A stretch of 64,000 nt of DNA. Origin: Octopus sinensis. Taxonomy: Eukaryota. Under the pieces are notes generated by a model. The model was given only the letters and a program-made list of their open reading frames with translations, did not search any database and had not been told where the DNA came from. Shown piece by piece: positions 56,439-64,000 of this stretch. The stretch lies in contig NC_043007.1 of assembly GCF_006345805.1 (NCBI RefSeq), positions 15,190,001 through 15,254,000 on the forward strand. The letters run 5' to 3'. The first letter of the stretch is position 1. The number at the start of each line of letters is the position of its first letter. The translations under genes were made by a program, and so were the position numbers.

Positions 56439-56803
56439 GATGGCTGCCCCCTCGTTGTCGAGTATGGCCATTGCACGAGGCTTAAATGTTATTGGTGCTG
56501 TGATCGAATGTGACTTTTTAGCCCAGCTAAAGATCTACAATATCTAGTACAGAATTGGCAACTAAAACCTTTACTGGTAATAGCCGGCTGTTGTTGTAAT
56601 TGGGTCTCATGTATCTTTGCATGTCGTTTAAGTCCTCCTGCCGAATTACACTCTCTTCCACATGCCTGACAGATATGATTAGTATGGTGTGTTACACCAC
56701 CACCAGTGACCAGGTTGTCACTCATCTGTCTCGCTTTATGACTACGAAGATGACTCTTGAGTCCAGCTTTACTGAGGCAGGGTCTTGTACAGACACTGCA
56801 TGG
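56439..56803 (-). mobile_element. 5'-truncated LINE 3' end (RTE-like) encoding three C2H2 zinc fingers
   Basis: Uninterrupted frame with three C-x2-C-x12-H-x3-H fingers of the C..C.R.C.S.AGLKSH type, stop, 50-nt UTR GCCATACTCGACAACGAGGGGGCAGCCATC; CATACAT on both flanks. Confidence 0.7.
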
Positions 56804-58437
56804 CATACATACATGCATACATACATACATTCTCATTTATGCCAATAATACGCAATTTGTTCATTTGGTTTTGTGAGTAAAATGCCTAAATGATAATCTG
56901 GAAAAATTGGGGTTTTCAGGAAAAAGATATCAGACGGCTAACAAATACAATCTGTGATCGGACAGTAAAAAATATGCATGGCTCTTCTCAAGTCCAAAAT
57001 ATGAATTTGGTTTTGCTATCTACGTTCCTAAGCTGGAGCTTTGTATCTTTGTCAGAAACGAGATCTTGTTTCAAAGGAAGAATGCAAATAGAACAGAACA
57101 TACATATAAGTACATATACATACATACATACATACATACATACATACATACATACATACATACATACATCATACATACATACATACATACATCACACACA
57201 TACATACTATATACATGCATACATACATAATACATACATACAGACACATACATAATACATCATACATACTACATATATAATACATACATAATACCATACA
57301 TACAAACATGCATACATACATACCTACTACATACATACACACATCATACCACATACATACATACATACATAACATACATACATACATACATACTACACAC
57401 TCCACATACATACACACACCCACACTGATACATACATACATACATACATACATACATAATACAAACATACATAATACATACATACATACATACGTAACCC
57501 CACTGATACATACATACATACATACATACATGCATACAGACATACATACATACATACATACTATACATACATACACACATACACACATACATACATACAT
57601 ACATACATACATACATACATACATACATACATAAAAGCGTCAGCAAAGCAAGAAAAAAAAAAAGAATTCGCTCTGGAGTTATCTCCTCTTGCGGCTAAGA
57701 TGAGAGACTGCAATATTAGTCAATGACTAATATTCAATTCTTCTTCTCTCGCTGAATAATTATTCTGCTTTATCTTTTAATGCTTCATGCACTAAATAGG
57801 CTAACACCCACTTATTGAACTTTACATCTGCTTCACACTTTATCTGTTTCTATATTGAATTTACCTCCCTCTACTCCTCACCATATCTCTCTCTCTATCC
57901 ATCTTTCTCCCTCTCCCTCTAACCACCCATATTTCTCCTCTCGCTCTCTCACTCTCACTATTTCTCTGCGTTTTGCTCTCCCTACTCCCCCCCCCCCGTT
58001 TCTTCTCCTCCTCCTTCTTTGCAGTAATTATTATTTTCGCGCTCTCTTTCGATGCGAATTCGTTTTATTTATTTATCTTTCACTGTTGATATTTGTTTAT
58101 TCTTCACTCAATTTATCCTCCTCCTTCCACTCTCTCACTCTTTCTCTCTCCCCCTATCTCTCGCTCTCTCTCTCTCTCTCACTCTTGCTGTCACTGTCTG
58201 ATACACACACACAAACGCCCGCGAGCACATAAATACACACAGACACAAACGCACACTTCACTTAAATACACGTACACACACACACATTATATACCATTAT
58301 ATACACACACATACACACACGTACACACACACACACATACACACACAAACACACACACAAACACACACAAACACACATATATATATATACACATTATATA
58401 CCATTATATACACACACATACACACACACACACACGT

Positions 58438-58469
<32 letters not shown>

Positions 58470-58668
58470 TAATACATGCATATATACATTTTTTTGTGTG
58501 CTTGTGTGCATAGATATGGATGCATAGGTTTGTATATAACTGTGTATATGCGTATACATGTGCATATATGTACATAGAACTACAGCAAAATAAACGCACC
58601 AGTGCAAGTATATTATGCAAATCTGTGTGTGCACGCGCGTGTGTGCGTGTGCATGTGTGTGTGTGTGT

Positions 58669-58702
<34 letters not shown>

Positions 58703-58872
58703 TGTGCGTTTCTTTGTGCTGTTATTTGCTCATTTGCGGTTTATTTATTTGGTTATATGTAGCTATGCAATTTAATCAAAAATCAGTACTTTGTTGTCTT
58801 TTAATATAAAACTGTTGACTCGAAATACAGAAGTCGCTTTTTCGTGTAAATCAACACACACACACACACACA

Positions 58873-58913
<41 letters not shown>

Positions 58914-59189
58914 ACACATACACACAAACACACACATTTTTTTTTATAACTTCAATATTTTTTCTTGTTCATCTTCCCACTTGTGTTCAAATAATTAATG
59001 TAAATTAACGCTGGTCGTTTTGGTACAAACTGTTTCATGCCGGGGACAGAATGCCAAGCGCTATCTAGCTTACGATTTAATCCTTTCCTTGAGAGAATTA
59101 TCTAAGGCAAGGCAAGGCAGTGCTAGTAGTAATAACATAGTCTAAGATTGGTGATTTTCATTAAGGAAATGGTGTCGGTAGTCATCTCT

Positions 59190-59790
59190 GCGAAGACGCG
59201 TGGCTTAGTGGTTATGGTATTCTGCTCGCGATCGTGAGGTCGTGAGTTCGACCCACGCTAGCGCATTGCCTCCTTGAGCAAGACACTTTATTTGCCGTCA
59301 CTTTAGTCCATTCGTGGAGGCGCGTGTCTTAGTGGTTAGGGTGTTGAACTCATGATCGTAAGGTAGTGGTTTCGATTCCTGGACCGGGCGATGCGTTGTG
59401 CCCTTGAGCAAAACACTTCATTTTCACGTTGCTCCAGTGCACTCAGCTGGCAAAAATGAGTAATCCTGCGACGGACCGGTGTCCCGTCCAGGTGGGAAAT
59501 GTCTACGCCACTGAAACCGGGAAACCGGCCCTTATGAGCTTGGCATGGCTCCAGAAGGAACATTTATTTAAAAAAATTTTTAGTCCATTCAATTAGCAAA
59601 AATGTGTTGTATCTGTATTTCAAATGGTCAGACTTGTAACATTAGGTGTCCCACGCTAAATCTCTCTGGGACCTACGTTAAACATATGTGTATCGGTGCA
59701 GTGCACAACCACTTGCACATTAATTTCATAAGTGGGCTGGTCCGTTGATGAACCAGTTGCAGTACTCGTCATCGTAAACTACGAAGTGCC
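59190..59790 (+). mobile_element. Nested SINEs: young S2 (59314-59578, core B, tail Y') inside an old S2 (tail X)
   Basis: 12-bp TSD TTTAGTCCATTC at 59302-59313 and 59579-59590; the outer element resumes after it. Confidence 0.85.
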
Positions 59791-60939
59791 ACTGGGGTCA
59801 TCTCTGGCCTACTACGTTGAGCTTCTTGCCCTATATCGAGATCAAAATCTCGATTTGATTAATTCCCTTATTCATCGCTCATATATCTGTTAATTGTAAG
59901 TATATTGGCATGGGAATAGTCCCATGGTTTCAAGCATGTAGGTATGGCTATTTGATTATTCCTTCCCGAACATGGATTTCAGGTATTATCACCTTGGCCA
60001 AACATCAGCTGCAATAATCTCTAATTTAACATTGCTTTGTAGAGTATAATTTAGTGTAAAAGCTCATGCTATGCTATGTATGTATGTATGTATGTATGTA
60101 TGTATGTATGTATGTATGTATGTATGTATGTATGTATGTATGTATGTATGTATGTATGCATGTATGTATGTAAGCATGTTTGTGTGTATGTATGTATGTA
60201 TGTATATATGTATATATGTATGTAAGAATGTATATATGTATGCATATATGTATGTAAGAATGTATATACGTATGCATATATGTATGTATAGATTTTCATG
60301 TATGCGTGTATGTACATACATTTTATCGTTCTATACCAGTGAAACATTTTATTTCGTCTCACAAAAGCACCATCTTTCGAACAAAAAAATACCCTGTAGC
60401 ACTTCTGCCGCCGTGTTTCCCCTCATCTGCTATCAGCACCGCCGTCGTAATTACAGTGAAATAGTTATTGTCCCTTTGGAAATACGTATCTTATTACGCC
60501 ACTACTCAGAAAATGTTATACACAGTATGACCTTTTCTGGAAATGTTATACAAAATGATATAAATATGTATTTTAACGATTACGATTTAAAAACCTGTGA
60601 CCTGATTTCTTCGTAAGAAATCAATATTCTAACATAAATCTTTACAAAAATCAATATTGAAATGAATAGAAACCGATGATTGACAAAACGTCTAGAATCT
60701 AACTTGAAATACGTTGCAATATTTGGTTATGTTCACTTATATCCTAAATGAAACTCCTGAAAATATGATATCTTCTACCTAAGTTTACAATGTCTATTAG
60801 AATGATTGCCTGTGATCATCAGGATTCCTGGAACCATAGGGAACCGAAGAAAAATGTTTGTCGGGTTTGATTATGTCTCTTCGTCTATTCAGGTCAACCT
60901 ATGCTATATATGACTTTTTTTAATATTCTCTTAGATACC

Positions 60940-61358
60940 TATTTCTTTACTACCCACAAGGGGCTAAAGACAGAGAGGACAAACAAGGACAGACAAACGG
61001 ATTAAGTCGATTATATCGACCCCAGTGCGTAACTGGTACTTATTTAATCGGCCCCGAAATGATGAAAGGCAAAGTTTACCTCGGCGGAATTTGAACTCAG
61101 AACGTAGCGGCAGACGAAATACATATTTCTTTACTACCCACAGGGGGCTAAACACAAAGTGGACAAACAAGGACAAACAAACGGATTAAGTCGATTATAT
61201 TGACCCCAGTGCGTAACTGGTACTTATTTAATCGACCCCGAAAGGATGAACGGCAAAGTCTATCTCGGCGGAATTTGAACTCAGAACGTAGCGGCAGACG
61301 AAATACCGCTAGGCATTTCGCCCGGCGTGCTAACGTTTCTGCCAGCTCACCGCCTTGC
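60940..61358 (-). mobile_element. SINE S1 dimer (one head, two 184-bp bodies) within a single 17-bp TSD
   Basis: ATATTCTCTTAGATACC at 60923-60939 and 61359-61375; internal junction at 61123/4. Confidence 0.92.
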
Positions 61359-61913
61359 ATATTCTCTTAGATACCGCTTGGAGTTTGTTTCTGTATGTTC
61401 GTTTTAATACTAATATGTGACATCGTGCTAATGTTAGAAAATGATATTTTTAGCTCGTTAACAGATTAAAGCAGTAACTACACTGAGTAGCAACGTTCAT
61501 CACCACCTAAACATAGCTGTTCCGTAGGAACCGATGTTACTGCTACTTATAACCACAGGAGGATGTCCCCTACAACTAGTTACTCAATAAAATTTGCACC
61601 CGATATATATTGCAAGCAGGTAGTGAACCCTTACCATCTTCGAGCCACGCGACCGCTAGACCGTTCGGTTTCGACCTCAGGTGGTGGATACTCGTCCGCA
61701 TGAGATAGCAGTAGTTCATTCCAGCTCGCAATGAGTAGAGAATAAGTGACACACAGACACTGTGATGGATGTGCTGATAAGCATTTTGCCCAGCGCGCTA
61801 AAGTTTCTGCCAGCTCGCCGTGTTCCGTCGATGTGTTACCATTATACCAAAGCAATACTTCGATTTCTCTCCATCCATTACAGAAGCTCTGCTCTTATTA
61901 GAGAGAATCGAGT

Positions 61914-62210
61914 GTGGAGGCACATGGCCTAGTAGTTAGAGCAGCGGACTCCCGGTCGAGGTATCGCGGGTTCGAATCTCAGACTGAGCGATGTGTGTGT
62001 TTATGAACGAAACACCTAAGCTCCACGCGGCTCCGGCAGAAGGTAATGGCGAACTTGTGCTCATTCTTTCGCCACAACTTCCTCTCACTATTTCCTCCTG
62101 CATCTTGTAGCTCACCTGCGACGGACCGGCGTCTCGTCCAGGTGGGGAATCTATACGCCAAGGAAACCGGGGAACAGGCCCTTATGAGCCAGGTGTGGCA
62201 GGAGAAGGAA
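61914..62210 (+). mobile_element. SINE group S2 (core A, tail Y')
   Basis: Colinear with 52550-52841. Confidence 0.9.
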
Positions 62211-62569
62211 GATAATCGAGTGTTATTTACCTCATAAGAAATTTAGAAATTTCAAGAGATATTAAACAAATCGTTTTTAATGGCGGAACTCAAAGCAGAG
62301 AAAGAGCGACAAATGAAGAATATTCGGTTGTAGATACTACATACAACAGTTTTAAATGATTTCAGGATTCTTCGTTACACCTTTCTAATGCGTGGACTGC
62401 GGAGTATATTCCAAGAGATGTGATGAAATAAAACCAAAAATGTATTGAAATCAATTTTGAGTACATGTTAACATTCTGACATGTATCTGTTTGTACAGTG
62501 AAGTAAGTATTTATATGCAGATTTGTTAGGATGGCGATGTCTGGTCTCTAATTCATCCCATATTCTTTT

Positions 62570-62930
62570 GTCTCTTTATTTGCTTAAGACATGTGACTGC
62601 GGCCGGGCTGGAATACATTTCGAAGAGTTTTAGTCGATGAAACATACCACAGGACTTATAATTTTATGCCTAGTACTTATTCTATCGTTCGCTTTTGCCG
62701 AAGTGCTAGGTTACGGGGGACATACACACATAAGAACACTGGTCGTCAAGCGGTGATGGTGCGGTTGTGTAAGGATAAACACAGACACAAATACACACTC
62801 AAAGATATATATATATATGTATACGATGGGCTTCTTTAAGTTTCCGTCTAACAAACACACTCAAGGCGTTGGTCAGCCTGAAGCTGTAGTAGAAGACACT
62901 TGCCGAATGCACGCAGCCACACCTGCGCCT
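62570..62930 (-). mobile_element. SINE group S3, diverged and deleted
   Basis: S3 tail, core and head-end motifs in order. Confidence 0.75.
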
Positions 62931-63601
62931 ATATATGCAAAATATGATTTCATTACTTTAAACACAGAAATTTATCAATTACATCAGCTAAACAAGCAAA
63001 TTGTGAAGCTATTGTTAAATAAACTGTACCGAAATGACTTATTGTATATACAATTTTACACAAATGACTTCAGTGCACTCTGTCTGACAGTCAAATGAAA
63101 ATGGTGCGCGTCGAATTGTGGTACAACAAATTTTCTGTAGATATAATTGTAACCATAAAGTTTTATGGTGCAAAATTATGGTTGAATGACTTTATGATAC
63201 ACAGTCTCATGAACAGCTGGGTATGAAGTATGAGTAAATGTATATAAAGTCACACGGCCATTTTTCATTCTGAACATAAGAAACTATTGAGAACTTTACG
63301 TACATTATGCATAAATGCATACGTACGTGCGTAGTACCTACCTACCAATCTACATAATACATACATACATACATACATACATACATACATACAAACATAC
63401 ATCCATACATACAAACATACATACATACATACATACTACATTACATACATACATACCATACATAAATACTACATACATACATACATACATACATACATAC
63501 ATAAATACATACTACATCAATACATCATACATACATACATACATACATATGTAGATGCATGTGTGTGTTGTGTGGTGTGTGTGTGTGTGTGCGTGTGTGT
63601 C

Positions 63602-63800
63602 GTTGGCGACTTTTTCCTCCGTCTTCCCTTTCTCTTGGATTTTCCTCTTCTCCTGTTTCTGAAGAAGAGCTTTGCTCGAAACATAAAACTACCTTTCTTT
63701 TCTTCCCTTAGCGTCTGTTAATTCTTTGCATGTACTACGTCCTCGAGTTGGTGTTTTTCCTTGTGTTTTGTTTTTCCTCTGATTTTTCTTTGTGGTGGGG
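63602..63800 (+). mobile_element. Penelope-like pseudo-LTR fragment (type A) with hammerhead motif at 63655-63689
   Basis: gttt-CTGAAGA-a-gagc(ttt)gctc-GAAA-ca-TA-aaac; colinear with 2010-2200; between (TG)n and (TA)n. Confidence 0.6.
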
Positions 63801-63809
63801 ATGAATGAA

Positions 63810-63840
<31 letters not shown>

Positions 63841-63919
63841 ATATACATATACACTTACACGTAGATGTTGATGTATGTACGCATATATATGTATATTGGA
63901 GCTTTTTTTAATAAAGCAT

Positions 63920-63968
<49 letters not shown>

Positions 63969-64000
63969 ATATATATAATATATATATGTGTTGTGTGTTG

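Noticed and set aside
56489-56836. Host C2H2 zinc-finger gene of the octopus expansion
   Set aside because: No TGEKP linkers, the start Met comes from the (ATGT)n tract, and there is a LINE-like short 3' UTR and flanking duplication.

Overview
AT-rich, repeat-saturated animal genomic DNA. The tRNA-headed SINE families and the extreme (TA)n/(CA)n/(ATGT)n/(AAT)n load match my recollection of octopus (coleoid cephalopod) genomes; this is an inference, no search was run. No host gene can be called: nearly all supplied ORFs are translated microsatellites or SINEs. Supported content: (1) more than 35 full or partial copies of three tRNA-derived SINE groups, several with clear target-site duplications (TSDs); (2) decayed non-LTR retrotransposons (two R4/Dong-like lineages, a CR1-like RT fragment, the 3' end of a LINE with three C2H2 fingers, RTE-like remnants); (3) mariner/Tc1, Helitron-like and TIR/foldback non-autonomous DNA elements; (4) at least six hammerhead-ribozyme motifs of three types, all next to microsatellites. 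The best lead is a 274-bp island between (TA)n tracts at 21779-22052. It holds a core-perfect extended type I hammerhead enclosed by a 13-bp helix, followed by a ~105-nt multi-hairpin domain. A diverged paralog of that domain with compensatory base changes sits in another (TA)n island at 48755-48861, suggesting a microsatellite-embedded ribozyme/structured-RNA mobile element family. Other leads: a SINE with a ~158-bp TSD, SINE multimers with a fixed 184-bp period inside one TSD, an inverted hammerhead pair around (ATT)n, and a patchwork templated insertion. All alignments and folds were done by eye, coordinates of degenerate repeats are approximate, and some duplications could be assembly artefacts.
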